In this document: positions 1-13,361 of the stretch, piece by piece
Position numbering within the stretch: the stretch's first letter is position 1
Layout of the letters: every line of letters starts with the position of its first letter
Assembly (NCBI GenBank): GCA_000934665.2
Contig: JYFJ02003094.1
Coordinates: 1-46,559 of the forward strand
DNA: 46,559 nucleotides
From: Catajapyx aquilonaris
Lineage: Eukaryota
Direction: 5' to 3'
Notes under the pieces: model-generated
What the model saw: only the letters and a program-made list of their open reading frames with translations
The model's database searches: none
Told to the model about the DNA's origin: nothing
Made by a program: the position numbers and the translations under genes

Positions 1-263
1 TGTCTATCAGAAAACGTTTCCTATTCATTTTAAGAATTTAAATATGCCGTAGCCTACATTCTCACCCCACTCGACGGGGTGAAATTGTGCGCGGAAAGAA
101 TTTATATCTTCCCTCCCTTAGCGTATAAAAATTATTTTCACTTATGACCTGAAAGGTGAGATGTGCATGTTGTATAGACATATTCGTTCCAATATATCAA
201 TTACTCTGGTATGTTCTCACGAAAACCCTCAAAAAGTGGCACAATCTCATCCCGTTTGACGGG
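1..263. mobile_element. Right end of a pogo-like MITE (truncated by the window edge)
   Basis: Ends GCACAATCTCATCCCGTTTGACGGG|TA, with related subterminal motifs at 60-92. Confidence 0.5.
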
Positions 264-971
264 TATACAAGATGTCAAAGGACTGGTTTCGCTGTCAACT
301 GGCATCATTGTTAAGTGAAGGTTGTTTATATTGCCTGTGCAATATGTAACTTAGGTTTTTCTCGCCGATTCTGAAATCTGCTTTGGATGTTTGGCGAGAG
401 TTGCAATTCTGCAAATTCAGTTTGGCAGACTACCTTTCATGTTAGGAGTCGCTAGAAGTATATGCCCTATGGCCTATACAGTGAAAAGTGCCCACACTAT
501 ACTGGTATTAATTTTAAATTTACTTCAGTATAATATACAGTATAGATTTTCTAGGCTCGAGGGGTAATTTTTAAAGCTACGAAATCTACATTAGTTCCCG
601 TAGCCACAATATTTAATATTTCAGCATAAATAAAATAATGAAGAATAATGCAATGTCATGAAAGGTCATGATTTCCCAGCAAGGAATGTTTTTTCCCCAC
701 AACCGTTGCAGGCAATATTCAATTGGAAAAATATGAAATGCAATTTTAAATTAAGACTGATTTTTTATCAAAATAAATTAAAACTAAGGTTCACTTTTGA
801 AACCGATGGAAATTATTAGCAACACCCTTCACTCAGAGTCGTAGAGGACCACAGTGAAACCAATCCGCCTTATACATACTCATCATTACATCTGGTAGGA
901 TTAACTTGAACGGATTCAAGAAAGAATGAAAGAAAACCAACAATGAAGAGATTACAATATATTATTATATA

Positions 972-1220
972 GGGCGACACGGTGGCGGAGTGGTTAGAGC
1001 CACAGCCTTCCACCTCTAAGGTCCCGAGTTCGATCCCCGGGTCGCGCAGAGGATACTTATGTGGATAGAGTTTCGATGGGTTCTCTCCGTGTTCGCGTGG
1101 GTTTTCTCGGGGTTCTCCCGTTTCCTCCCGCAATCAAAATCCATCACACGCAGGCAATGATTAAAGTCGGTTATTCAAAAGATGATCCCCTAAGAGGCCC
1201 AAGGCCTATCACGGGGTATC

Positions 1221-1290
<70 letters not shown>
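972..1290 (+). mobile_element. tRNA-derived SINE type A (V-domain-like core) with (TTA)n tail
   Basis: A box TGGCGGAGTGG, B box GTTCGATCC, core GTTCTCTCCGTGTTCGCGTGGGTTTTCTCGGGGTTCTCCCGTTTCCTCCC resembling the V-SINE domain. Four copies in the window. Confidence 0.9.
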
Positions 1291-1295
<5 letters not shown>

Positions 1296-2072
1296 CACGT
1301 ACACTGTAATAATGCTATAATATATCTTACTGTTTCCTATACAATCCTCTAGATAAGAACAGCAACTCTATAGAAGAAAGAAAATAATGCTCATGCCTAC
1401 CAAAGTAACTACAGCAGTTTAATTATAAACACACAGTTATTAAATTAATGAACTTCATGTAGCCCACTTTAGGTCCGTAGAGGGGAAACCACGAATAATG
1501 TTATACTGTATGCGAGTTCAACTGAGCATGGAGAAGTGGGAAGAGCCAGTGGCTGGGTAACCTCGTAACCATGAGGTTGTAATGTGGTACTGACTAATGA
1601 GGACCCTACATGGAATACTTACAAGGAATATATCTCGGGTGATAATAACGGATCTCGATGAAACTGAATATGCTAATCAGTAAAGGACAATATACTCGTA
1701 TATGATAACAAAAAAAAAACTCATTTGATGTAAGTATTGCTCGAAAAGTTTTGTAAAAAGGGGTAGTCAATCCCTGCGTGGATGCAAGGACGTAAAATAA
1801 AATTGATTGATTGATTGATTGATAACAAAAAATGAAGTCATTTCGGGCTGAAGTTCATATTTGCAAAGGTTATGACGTGCTCACTTGAGACCTCCTCCCG
1901 CAAAACGCCCCGTCAGGCGATAAGGGGGAGTGACCAGACCTTAGTATTCTAAGGCCATGGTTGAAGTAACTGAAGGAACGGGACAAGCGCCGAAACTAAG
2001 AGAAGCGGCAACCCACCGAACTACTGATATGCCGCTCTAAGGTCACGGGGATCTGACGGAAAACCCATATGA

Positions 2073-2555
2073 AAGCAAGATTGGCAAATCACGTGAGAGT
2101 GATTAGAGTAGACTTTTCATGTTTACCGCTACTGTCCCCAACGTCCGTCGCGGGACTGGGACTGGGACTGGGACTGGGACTGAAACCACGGATAACTCAT
2201 TTTCAGCCAAAAGTGGACTCCCTCCCTCCTCCTACCCCCAGACCGTCCCTTTCCCATTTAAAAATCTATCATAGCAAACCCATCATTTAGACCTTTCTTC
2301 ATTCATCGAAAAAGTCTTATAGAACGGCTCTGTCCGTCAGTCTGGGGACAGGTATCAGGTATCATGGGGTAGGAGGAGGGGGGAAAGGGTGATCTGGGGG
2401 AGTGGGCGGTGGGGGACTGGGAGGTCAGGGGGAAAGGGGCGTTGGGGGGAAGGGGCACCCAGGGGGAAGGGACGGATAGAGTGAACCCGGAACCCGAAAA
2501 TAGAAAAAAAGTCTTATAGCACGGCGTCCGCTGTCTGTCTGACTGATACCTGTCC

Positions 2556-2618
<63 letters not shown>

Positions 2619-2653
2619 TACAGAGCCGTAGGCCTACTATAAGACTTTTTTCT
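2073..2653. mobile_element. Rearranged HINE-family copy with inverted duplicated ends and (GACA)n
   Basis: Family start at 2073-2120, inverted family ends at 2287-2359 and 2503-2542, forward end at 2543-2653. Confidence 0.7.
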
Positions 2654-3346
2654 GCAGTGAGGTGGAAGGGGCACTGTATATACTCGTACTTATACACAAT
2701 AATATTATGTGTCACAAGTTTTATCCAGACGTATTCTGGAACTATACAACCCTCACCACTCCAGTGCATTTTTCCTTGGACCTTTCGCGAGTGGTGATGG
2801 TTGCAAAATGCTAAGACAGTTTGACAGAAACTTTTTGATACATAAAACATTATACTGTAACAGGTTGGATTGGTACAGTGAACCACCCTGTATATCGACC
2901 CACAACATGTCTAGTTATATGGAATAATCCTTGCTTTTATGGATTGAAACCGTGTCCATAACTTTGTGGTGCCACCAATTATGATGACAGCACATAGCAC
3001 TCATTGACATTGTTAAGCTCCAAAAATGAACATACAGAGTGGGCTACTATAAAGTAACTTACCTCCGTCCAATGTGCATTTTGACAATAAACCCAAAGTG
3101 ATGGATTGCAGCAGAGTGAATTGTGGCAGTAATCCGAATCCACACGAAGTAGCCTTTAATTTATGGGTACGATACCATGTGAGGGTAGGAAACCGTGTTT
3201 CTGAAATTACTTGGAATTGAATTTTAACTTTGGAATAATGCACCTTCTTAATGTGCCGTGGGGTGTAGGTACTACGTGTGAGTCAAACCGTCTAGTTGCT
3301 CGCAGCCTAATCAAGGGTAACATAAGAACATAAGCAGCCTTTAGCT

Positions 3347-3851
3347 CAGCGGTTCTCAACTGGTCGGGCGCGCGCCCCTGACGGGGGCGTGAAGGGGTGG
3401 CGGGGGGGGGGGGGGGGGGGNGCGAATCCAAAAATTATGTGACTCGAAACATGCGAAAAATTCGCACTGATTAGGTAAGAACTACACTTCTCAGGGCTTA
3501 CTGTAGCGTGCAGTTCTTCACAATTTGTGCAGTTCTAAAAAGCCAAAAGTGCAATTCTGAATAAGGATTTGCGCAGTCAGAAAATAGCAGACAAATCTGT
3601 TATATCCGGATTCAACAACTGCACTTGTACATTGGCACTGCTGGAAATATGAAGGGACCGACCTTTCTACTTGCTTATATCCGATGTGCTCACAATATTA
3701 TATAGGATGATTCCACTGTACTTTGTCAGTTATTACATTCACCTAAGCTTGTGTGACCTTGAACAAAAAAACTGGTTTGGGGAGGGGGAGGCGATATCTG
3801 GAATTACTTTCCAGGGGGGGGGGCGATGTGGTAAAAGGTTGAGAACCGCTA
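3347..3851. mobile_element. hAT (Charlie-like) MITE
   Basis: TIR CAGCGGTTCTCAAC...GTTGAGAACCGCTA with a perfect 8-bp TSD CTTTAGCT. Confidence 0.9.
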
Positions 3852-5814
3852 CTTTAGCTATTAAATTGGCACTGCAAGTACTCTACGTACGCTACAATAC
3901 TGTACTAGTGACATATATACTTCTAAGATAAGGGAACCGTTTCATTTTATCACCCTATTGCCATCGGCCCTCGCGGATGCACAGGCTTATTGCACCCATG
4001 CTAATGTTCTGATCCGTTCTGGTCTGACAAAGATCATGCCACATCAATATCACAACGCAAACGATTGTAAAACTCATCAAAATTATTCTGAGTGTGAGAC
4101 ACATCACTTACTGAACAGTTAAGTAACTTGGCATTGCGGCCTGAAAAGAATGTTAGCTTATTTCATGTCACTTCGGACCTGTCTATTTCAGCATTGGTGA
4201 GTCCCTCTGCAGTTCCCGGTAGGCTTTTTTCTGTAGAGTGGGTGTTGAGAGTTGACACTGGCTGATTCTCACTAGCCTACCTCCTATACAATGAAACAAA
4301 ATGAAAGCTTCTTCAGTGGAACATTTTTTTAAAGAAACAATTCCGCTATAAACATTAAAGAGGTTTCACTGTATCTAATAAGCCGGGCACGAACGAAGCT
4401 GGCTTGAGGTGATTTGTTGCGGGAGCAAGAGAGGCAGGGAAAATTGAGCATCGCTATAGAAAAGTGAAAATAGACAACGACCAGCGTGGGTCACCATCCT
4501 GATCCCGCCACAAAAGATACATCAGCTTCTAGGGAGACAGGCAAAGTGAGAATGTTGTATTTACTTACAGATACGCACTATACTGTTGTGGTAATTGACC
4601 AAGCCTACAATGTATAGGCTATATTTTAAATGTATTATCTAATATTTTAAAATAATATCATTGGTAACTTTCGTGATTTCGGGTTACAATATAGCCTATT
4701 AATTCGTGTCTTACAACTACAGAAACATCATATTTCCAAATTATGAGCTTCCAAATGAAGACCAGAAATGCAGAACGATATCAGAGTCACGTTTGACTGA
4801 TTTCGAGATGTCAGGGTATGAAATTTTCATATACCGACATCTCGAAATGGAAATGTGATTAATTATAGGATAATATACTGTATTTTCTGAAGCATTTGTG
4901 TAACGGGCTGTAATTGTATCAGAAAACTGACTTGACCATCAGAAAGTAAAGTGGTCTATAGGCTATAACGCACTGGCTGAAGAAACAATCGATGTGTTAT
5001 TCCACTCTGATTCCGGAACCGTATGCTATCTCGTTTTTTCCCGGGAAGAAAAGGCATCTTACACCTTTTTGTCGCTGTCTGATGGCAGATGACACTAACG
5101 CAACGGGCACAGCCCTTTTTCGTTAATAGCCTAAAGCGAAGTTGCATTTATTACTCGGATTTTCATTCTGCAAAAAACCTATGTCTCTATAGCCATTTCA
5201 TCTATAGCAACTCTGACAGCAGCCAAGTTAATCGGCAACTAAAAGGCAGCAGTCATTTTTACCGCTGCCAAATGACCCACAGGCCACAGCCAAATGGTAC
5301 AGCAGCCAAATGACCCGCTGCCAGTTGACCTGCGGCCAGTTGTCGGGATACCGCATAGTATCGTTGAAACTTGCTATTTATAGCACTATGAAATAGGCTG
5401 GTGTATGTGTGTATGCTGCAGCGGTGATTTTTTCCCCACCAAAATCCAATGAACTTTTGACTGGTCTATTTGAGCTAATTTTATGATAAAGTTATCTGAA
5501 AGATGGGTTTCAGATGTGTGGACAGGGGCGCAATTTAAGTGCTTGTCATATGTGCTATTTTCCGTAGATACGCCTCTGTCGGGAAGTCATCGCTGATCCC
5601 CGACTATATGTAGGGTTGACTCTGGGTCCAATTCGACCGCGCAACAGGCCGTTATACGTTCTGTACTGTACATGTATTTGAACAGGGGCATAACCCCCTT
5701 TCAACTCGGTGTTAACCCTGACAGCGTTTGAAAAGGCATTGTGCATAGCTACGGGCCTAAAAGTGTCATGGGCTTACACAATGCCTAACTCAATTTTGAC
5801 TACAATATAACTCG

Positions 5815-5912
5815 GATACCGAATCCGAAAACCGTGTGTTGCGATCTCTTGCGGTTTAGGCCCTGATACCTGTCCACGGACAGACAGACGGACGGACAGA
5901 GGCGTTATATAT
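5815..5912 (+). mobile_element. HINE-family fragment
   Basis: GAAAACCG..TTGCGGTTTAGGCCCTGATACCTGTCCAC(GACR)n matches 7365-7450. Confidence 0.7.
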
Positions 5913-5914
5913 GG

Positions 5915-6416
5915 TGTCCAGATGATCTTCTCCTTGTCTGAGTCTTGTCAACTTTGCAATATGGGTATCCCTCCACTATCCACCATATTCTTATGGAATG
6001 TAAACAGCATGTAAATAGCAGGTCCCCTCTGATAGGACGCATTGGTGATTTGTTTATCTCAGCAAAGAATCTGCCTTTTCTCTTCTTCGGGTTTTTTTTA
6101 TTGGTTACACAAAGGTTTTGCTGGACATGTGAAATGTGCTGAGGTTACACCAATACATATTTTTTTTTGGAAAACTTCACTCAGGGAGTTATGTCTGGAT
6201 GTTTAACAGGTATTTTTCACTATTTTGCGTGTATAGTTGGTTTTTGTAATTTTTGGATTTTAAGGTCACTGTGTACTGTACCAAAAAGTGTAAAGTGGAG
6301 TATCATATGGTTCAACTTTCTTTTTTGCTGTTGTTGTTCTGTTGGGGCTTGAGTTTCCCCTAAAGGCCCTTTTAGGGTCATAATGGGGTATACGGAAAAT
6401 AAAATTAAAATAAACA
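5915..6416 (+). mobile_element. 5'-truncated LINE 3' end (I/Nimb-like ORF2 CCHC knuckle plus 3'UTR)
   Basis: SCQLCNMG / YPSTIHHILMECKQHVNSR..IGDLF (one frameshift) gives C-x2-C...H-x4-C. Ends CCCCTAAAGGCCC..TCATAATGGGGTATAC followed by an A-rich tail. Confidence 0.65.
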
Positions 6417-6880
6417 AGACAGGCGTTCTGTATGGCTTTTTTTGAGGAGAAAAAGTATAATAAATCATCATTCTGCATTTTAGGTCTTCAGGTGAAAGGA
6501 GTAAGTTATCCTCTGGTTCCTCTGGCATTTCAGTTGGAACACCCTGTACCTTTTAAATTGCAGCTCTTGCTGTTTTTTCTCGCGCATTATTGTAGGCCCT
6601 CGTTTACTTACCATATAGTATAGTGCGATATACCGCCGGCGTCACTATAGTTTCCAATGTTGCGTTGACCATGTGGGGAGCCTCTGACCTTCGACTGATT
6701 TTGGTAACACCGCAGTGCTGTTACTGACACATTGTATGCACAGTTACTCACCATAGTGCAATGATTGTTTTTATGACGGCTATACATATGCATTAATGAT
6801 ACATTACTGTTATATTCATTTGATACCGATTAATATTGGCATACTGGTGTGGTGTTCAGACTCGGTAAAGTGTTTAAATA

Positions 6881-7881
6881 CAGTTGAATCAGGATATAAC
6901 AGACTTCAAGGGATCGAGAAAATCAGTATGTTATAAGTTATAACCGAGGTCTGTTATAGCCAAATCGCCACTTTTGCAACCAAAAACACACGTTTTCTGT
7001 TTTCATATGCTTATAATGCACTCCTGCATGCTGATTAACAAAACTATTTACAAACAAGATTGGCAAATCATGTGAGAGTGATTATAGTAGACTTTCTCTC
7101 TTGGTGGCCGAGGACGCGCATCGCAAACATGTCCAGCATCAGGAATTAATTGCACAGCCCTTGTGCCAGAGCGCCAGGTAAAACCCTGGCTAATTCCGCG
7201 ACGCACATGGCCAGGAATCCAGGGAAACTAATTTCTAAATCCAACGATAACCCTCCCGTAAAGTAGACATGTGCGGATAGAGTGAACCCGGAAAACCGGA
7301 AGTGGCGGGTCACCGGAAGCTGACCATGAGTCCATGACACCTATTTAAGTCACTCTTAATCCGAATATGAAAACCGTTTGCCGCTATCTGTTGCGGTTTA
7401 GGCCCTGATACCTGTCCACAGACGGACGGACGGACAGACAGAGCCGTTCTATAGGACTTTTTTTTTCGATGACGAGAAAAAGTCTAAAATGCATCATTAG
7501 CTCACTGGTAACTTAGGCAGGACAAACACAATCCTTATTTTTTTCTGCCGTCTCGTCGTCGCCAAATACTCGTATACCAGAAAAAGAATGATATTGACCT
7601 ATTCGGCAAGTGTTAGATCAATGACAGATGGGAAAATCACCCCATCTCCATTGTGCAGTGCTTTTCTCGCGTGGGAAAGGAGGCTGAGTAATCAAAAGCA
7701 GTATATTTTTCCACCCAGGGGCCAAGAAATGGTCTGTTACACCAGAGGAGAGGTGAAATGAGTCTGTTATATCAGGAGTAAAAATACACAGGGCCTTATG
7801 GAAGTTTGCCTGGACCAGCCTTCGAGTCTGTTATAACCGAACGTCTGTTACAGCCGAGGGTGTTATAACCGGATACAACTG
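6881..7881. mobile_element. Tigger/pogo-like MITE hosting the HINE insertion
   Basis: TIRs CAGTTGAATCAGGATATAAC and CAGTTGTATCCGGTTATAAC, TA flanks. A further right-end fragment lies at ~9184-9306. Confidence 0.8.
7053..7488 (+). mobile_element. Helentron-associated non-autonomous element (HINE/DINE-1-like)
   Basis: AACAAG end, short hairpin, subterminal TAGACTTT..AAAGTCTA inverted pair, (GACR)n microsatellite, terminal stem-loop, inserted in an A-run. Second full copy at 27556. Confidence 0.75.
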
Positions 7882-10800
7882 TACTTGCTTATACCCTATA
7901 TGTCCTTGATGTTGCAGAAAGTAGCACATGTCACTAAACAAAAGAAGATCAGTTAACATCTCCCAAAATAAAATGTCAGAATGACTAATTTACCAATACT
8001 TTTGGCCGCAGTTGTTGGTGAGAATAAAAATGGTCCAAATCTAACTTTCTTGCCAATATGGCGATATTTATTGGTCAATATTAAATATAAATAAAGGAGC
8101 ACAGTACGATTATGCCGTAATTCCCAAAGAATACCATGGAAACATCCACTTCGTGGAAGAAACCATATTCAGAAACTAGCTAAAATTTATCAACTTATTT
8201 ACGTTTATCTCTTTCAGAATGTGCTGAAGGAATAAGCATCAGGTGACAAGTGTGATCAGGTTTAAAATAATTAATATGATATTGGGTGGAAATATTGGAA
8301 GGAGACTGTTTATATGGGTAAATAGTGAAAAAACCTGCAATTTCATGTCGCAGCTAATTTTTGGACTTAATATAACATCTGAAAACCAGAGAACATGCAA
8401 AGAAATAAGATTGGAACTTGTGGAATACGGAGCTCATAAGAAATATGTGTAATGAGAAAATTCGTTCCTGAGAAAGTACACTACCTGCATATAAGTCTAT
8501 TTTTATCAACTGTACCCCACGCAAGTCATCCACAATATTTGTTGCTATACATCAAAAAGAAGCTTAAAACAACATTCTATCCCGCCCACTCGGCACGGTA
8601 TCATTTCAAAGTTCTCTGAAAAATTTTCGTTTCCAATGAATCTCCGAAAGGTCACCTTGGCAAGTAACAGTATAGCTCATTCGATCAAGTTTCCCGGATA
8701 GCTGCCTATCGACGCAGGTTAGCTTGCAGTTGGCGCAGCATACCACGAATTGGGTGTCACTATTGAGGAGCAATACCGACTCCAAATTTTGTGTTTTGCT
8801 TGCACATCCAGACTCCATGAGGACTGCAGCGAGCATAAAACTGTCATAGAGGGAGGTGGAAACAGTCCAACGCGTGTCGCAACCAATTACCGGACACATC
8901 CAGCTTCCGGCATTCCAGAGATAGTTACGATGGTTTTCATGGAGCCAATAAGGGTGTCATTTACTTTAGGACCCTATATGGTCAGAGCGACGCGACGGTG
9001 CTTTTAAGGAAACTTTCATTAGGAAAAGTTGTCCACCAAATCTCGTACAGTATAGAGACATTCGAGTTATACTGTAGATCTTGGATCATTCTGGAGTACG
9101 ACACCTAAAATATCACGTTTAAATACTATCATAATAAATTATTGTGCAGTCAATACTAATGTACAGACAATCTTATTAATTTGGAGTCTGTTATATCAGG
9201 AGTAAAAATACACATGGCCGTGGAATTATATAGCTGGCCCAGCCTTTCGAGTCTGCTATAACCGAAAGTTTGCTATAGTCGAAGCTGTTATATCCGGATT
9301 CAACTATATTAAAGTACAGTAAGTCAGAAGCTTTCATAACCCAAGAAATTAAGAATTGTGTAGACTTTTTTGTTTTCGACGAATGGTATGAGCAAAAGTA
9401 GCATGATGATTTAGAGTTTATTAAATCCTCTTACTCTCGCGAATCGTTAAATATTCTGCCAGCGGCAGTGTGTCACATCTCAATGGCAGGTTCCAGGCCA
9501 GCAGATATAAAATATACAATGGCGCAGACTCAGCTTGTTCGATCGCTTTTTGGCCCATTATGCAGCATATGCTTCTAAACCTGTGATAACTTATACCAAG
9601 ACCATACATACGCTTCAACATTCACCAAACATATTCGTATAAGGATGCGATGTTGAGGTTCGGATTTCTATTGTATGACCACAATAATATGTATCCTAGC
9701 TACGACACCCTTCCTTTATAATGCACTCACATCCGTCACAGCAGTATGCAGTCCTTGCCTCTACAACTTCTGGTTCTTACAATTTCTCACATGCTGTGAG
9801 AAAAGTGTTTTTATCCCCGAGCAAGGGTTTAGGGTTACATGTGTAACATACTGTAACTTTTATAAGCCTACGGTCTGTCGTGGTATGTGAGAAATGTTCG
9901 TATAACTTATAATATTGTTCTAAACAAATAAGAGTGCATAAAAATTAAATAGGGAGCATTACAAAGGAAGCGACCACCTTTTTCCTTCCTCTGACAGATT
10001 TTCATCATATTCGGTATAAAATAGGACTAATAAAGTTATAGCCTACCTCAAGGTTAACCGATTTTACAATCCATCCATTGATTGTCTACCTGTACCGCCA
10101 ATAATGCAGACCATCTTTTAAAACCAGAATATTCCAGTGTAGGTTTGACATTATTTTCAAACAACTCTTTCTGCCCTATCATGATGACGCACCTGTTGTT
10201 TTTGTCCCACTCAATAATCAAGCTCAAAGTTTATTTTTAAGCACAAAATTTTGAATGGTTAATTTTTGGACACTTTCAATGTTTTTGAATTGTTTTTAAA
10301 AACACTGTCAGACCCGGTCAGACCCTAGCACGCCTGAAGCGAGAAAGTTGGGAAACATGCACTTTAGTCCAGAAACTTGATAGTAGGCTACTGAAAATAA
10401 TGCCATTTTCATGGGCAGGCCACATATACAGAGGCTTAATTTGGAGTCAGAAATGATACGCATATCCTATACTCAAAGGCACGAAATGATAAGCTGTATT
10501 ATCTTTCTTAACCTTCTGGGGGGAAGGGGGGGGGGGGGNGGGGGCTTAACCGTGCATCATATGATGATCTGCGGATGTTTGAATTGTGCAGCGTGATTCC
10601 GAACTTTGGATGGTTCAATATACTCCTGCCATCTCTTGGATGGTGACTCAACTACCATGACATCCCCCACAATCCACTGGGAGGGAGCCAAGCTGAGTCG
10701 AACATGCCAAGGTAACGCGACTGACGCGTCATCTTTCATGTAAACAAACGCCCTGAGTACAGGATGTCCCGTAAAGTCTGCACCCTTGGCAGTTTCTTAT

Positions 10801-11054
10801 AGTACAGTGTTGTGGTAATATTATGCAACCATAATAACAGTGTATAGTGATTATGTAAACTTGTTAGGCCTATCGACGTTCTGAGAGCCAGACGATTCTT
10901 TAAAAAATATTTCTGGAACACCCTGTAATTGAATTTTTTCGCCATTTTACATTCAAAAGGACTACCACGAATGAAAATTATTAATTTTGGCGGGAAGTTG
11001 TTATTCATTAATAGCACTCCTACATCGAATTTTGGAGGAAAAAATAAAAAATCC

Positions 11055-11118
<64 letters not shown>
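11055..11118. repeat. (CAA)n microsatellite
   Basis: Directly visible. Confidence 0.98.
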
Positions 11119-12318
11119 GATACTTAGCCCTCAACAGGTTGAGGTTTTTTCTGCCTTTCTCATAAACAAATATAATTTACTGATCTTAAAAATCAAAGCC
11201 CAAAAATTTTGAATGATACAAAATGACACACAGTATTTTAAAATTAGTACAACTTTAATATTTTCAACTGATCTCAAAAAATGTCCAGGAATGTGCAACA
11301 CTACATAAACACTACATAAAGTGTGCCGGGACTTTAGAGATATGCCAGTGCATGCGAGTTACACTGGAAGAAATGGGCAGCACATTTCTTTCAGGTGGAT
11401 GAAAATGCGTGCAGTTTATCGCCTGTATATTTGGGATGTGCGGTCAAATATCCAGCACGACGAGGCCGCAAAAATTAGTATGAACTAGCATAGGTGACAG
11501 GATTTTTCGCATATTCGGAGAAGTTGTGGCAAATTGTCCACCAAAAATCAGGAAACTGCAATAATGCAGCTGAACCGTGGTACAGTTTTTTTCTTCGCAT
11601 GTTGCGGTCGTGTTTTGAATGTCTGAACATAACACCATATGCATTTTGGTCAGACATTTGAATGACGCCTATTTTGCGAATTTTCATGTTTTTGCGTCTC
11701 CTTTTCCATTGCATGCTACGATTGATACTACTTATAAAAGCGTGCATGTATGTGCGTATGAATATTTTGGCTAGAGCATCACAAATTTCAATCAAATCGC
11801 CAGCAAATTACCTTCAGAACAACCTGTTGCAGTATCCCAGTAGCAAGAACGTGCTAATGACAAAAAAAAACCAATTCTTAGGAAATCATGCGGCCACCTT
11901 TCAGCAGGGTGTCTGAATTCTTTGGAGGAAAGATATAGTTTTCAAAAAATCTCTGCTGGTATTTCCCCACCAAAGAACGTTGCAAATAACATGCTGCAGA
12001 TGCGCTAACTTTACTGCACAACCTGCTGTTGCTGTGTAGCCTGTACAGTGGAACTCTCCGCAATGGTCGTTTGTATTATTTTATCTAGAGTACGGTATTT
12101 TTATTCAACGCTATACTGTATCTCAGTCATTTGTTTACCATATACAGTATATGATAATGAATAAGGATTTCAAGAAATGATTTCGCCTTTGGTTGCTCGC
12201 ATTGTATGCTGCAATGAATATGAAAGCAGGTGTTTATTGAGATATACGCTGCTTTCTGAAAACAAAATTACATCATAGAACAAAGTAACTGAAATTGAGT
12301 TTTTCTCTTTCCCTCCAG

Positions 12319-12474
12319 CACAACAAGCTTGCGGTTAGGCGTCAATAGAGATGCATCCCACATACAGAAGGGCTAGAGAATGACCATATTATTCTGCATG
12401 GAACATGAAATCCCCAGCGTCTCCGCCTGCTCGTATAGTACAGTCCGGCTTGGAACTATTGGGCATATATTCCG
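12319..12474 (+). other. Candidate 5'-UTR exon of the coiled-coil gene
   Basis: Strong polypyrimidine tract plus cAG at 12301-12318, donor G|GTAATA at 12475, next acceptor at 12595. No transcript evidence. Confidence 0.4.
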
Positions 12475-12606
12475 GTAATAAGGTGCGCCTGTCTACCTCA
12501 GCGGTTTACCATCCTTTCTGGAAAACGCTCCACTGCAGCCATATTTTCATCTTTTGCTGTTTTTCTCACTACTCCTTGTTTTCCTGCTCCCTTAGAGTCC
12601 GAGGAC

Positions 12607-12663
12607 ATGGGTTGCAGGAGTAGTAAAGATCTTCTCCCGGGGGACTTTGTCAAAAAGGAACCA
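12607..12663 (+). CDS. Coding exon 1 of an uncharacterised ~466-aa coiled-coil protein (MGCRSSKDLLPGDFVKKEP)
   Basis: ATG at 12607 (gacATGG), 19 codons, then phase-0 donor GTGAGT at 12664. An acceptor (cttAG) at 12594-95 lies just upstream. MGCxxS is the classic myristoylation/palmitoylation start. Joins in frame to the exon at 21255. Confidence 0.75.
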
Positions 12664-13361
12664 GTGAGTACACTTCTGCTTCCCACACAACAATACGTCA
12701 TATCGTGTCAACTTTGGTGGCCTTGTGGGGATTCACTATATTTTCCCGACTTCTCAAACAGGTAGGCAGTAGAGCTTATGTATTTGCCTTCTAAAAACCA
12801 CATTATTGACTCAAAAATAATGTTTATAAAGCTTGTTGACATTTTTGTTCACAAAAGAAAAGCTATCGACGGATGGGACGGTAAAAGAGTCGAATAGGTG
12901 TATCTTAAAAAGTGATGCGCAGGTACTCTACATTAGAGTGGAAAGAGCGTTTCAGTCTGGGGGCAACCTGCTGCGTCACAATCCGATAATGGGACCAAAC
13001 CGGTAGCGAAAATGAAATGAGAAGAGTGCTTCTTATTGACTGTGAATTCCCACAACGCACCTAAGCACATTTGCCCATTTTCCTTCTCAAATTTGGAAGA
13101 TTATTTACCATGGAAACTGTTTTTCTTTTATGACTGTTTCCGGGATGTCTGAAATATTCTGGTTTCCTCAAACATCTACTTTTCTCAGCCTCCGGAAGAT
13201 GTTATGCAACAAACTGACGATATTATGCGACGAGGCAGCCTGCAGGTAAATGTCAACTTATATAGTCTGCCTTGCTTGGATCACATCTGCATGAAAAGTT
13301 TTCTGCACATCTGGTATCTCCAGGGTATCTCTGTCTGGAGGTAAAGTAATATCTTTAAAAA

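Noticed and set aside
972..1045. tRNA genes at the SINE heads (also 13362, 14064, 20333, 20831, 39568, 43390, 44686)
   Set aside because: A/B boxes are present, but each head runs into a repeated body and tail, several have TSDs, and none gives a convincing cloverleaf. They are SINEs.
8600..9050. RT or hAT coding remnant (also Tc1/pogo-like scraps at 11.3-11.8 kb and 12.9-13.25 kb)
   Set aside because: The motifs are too degraded, and the 8.6-9.0 kb region fits different families on opposite strands. It cannot be assigned without a search.
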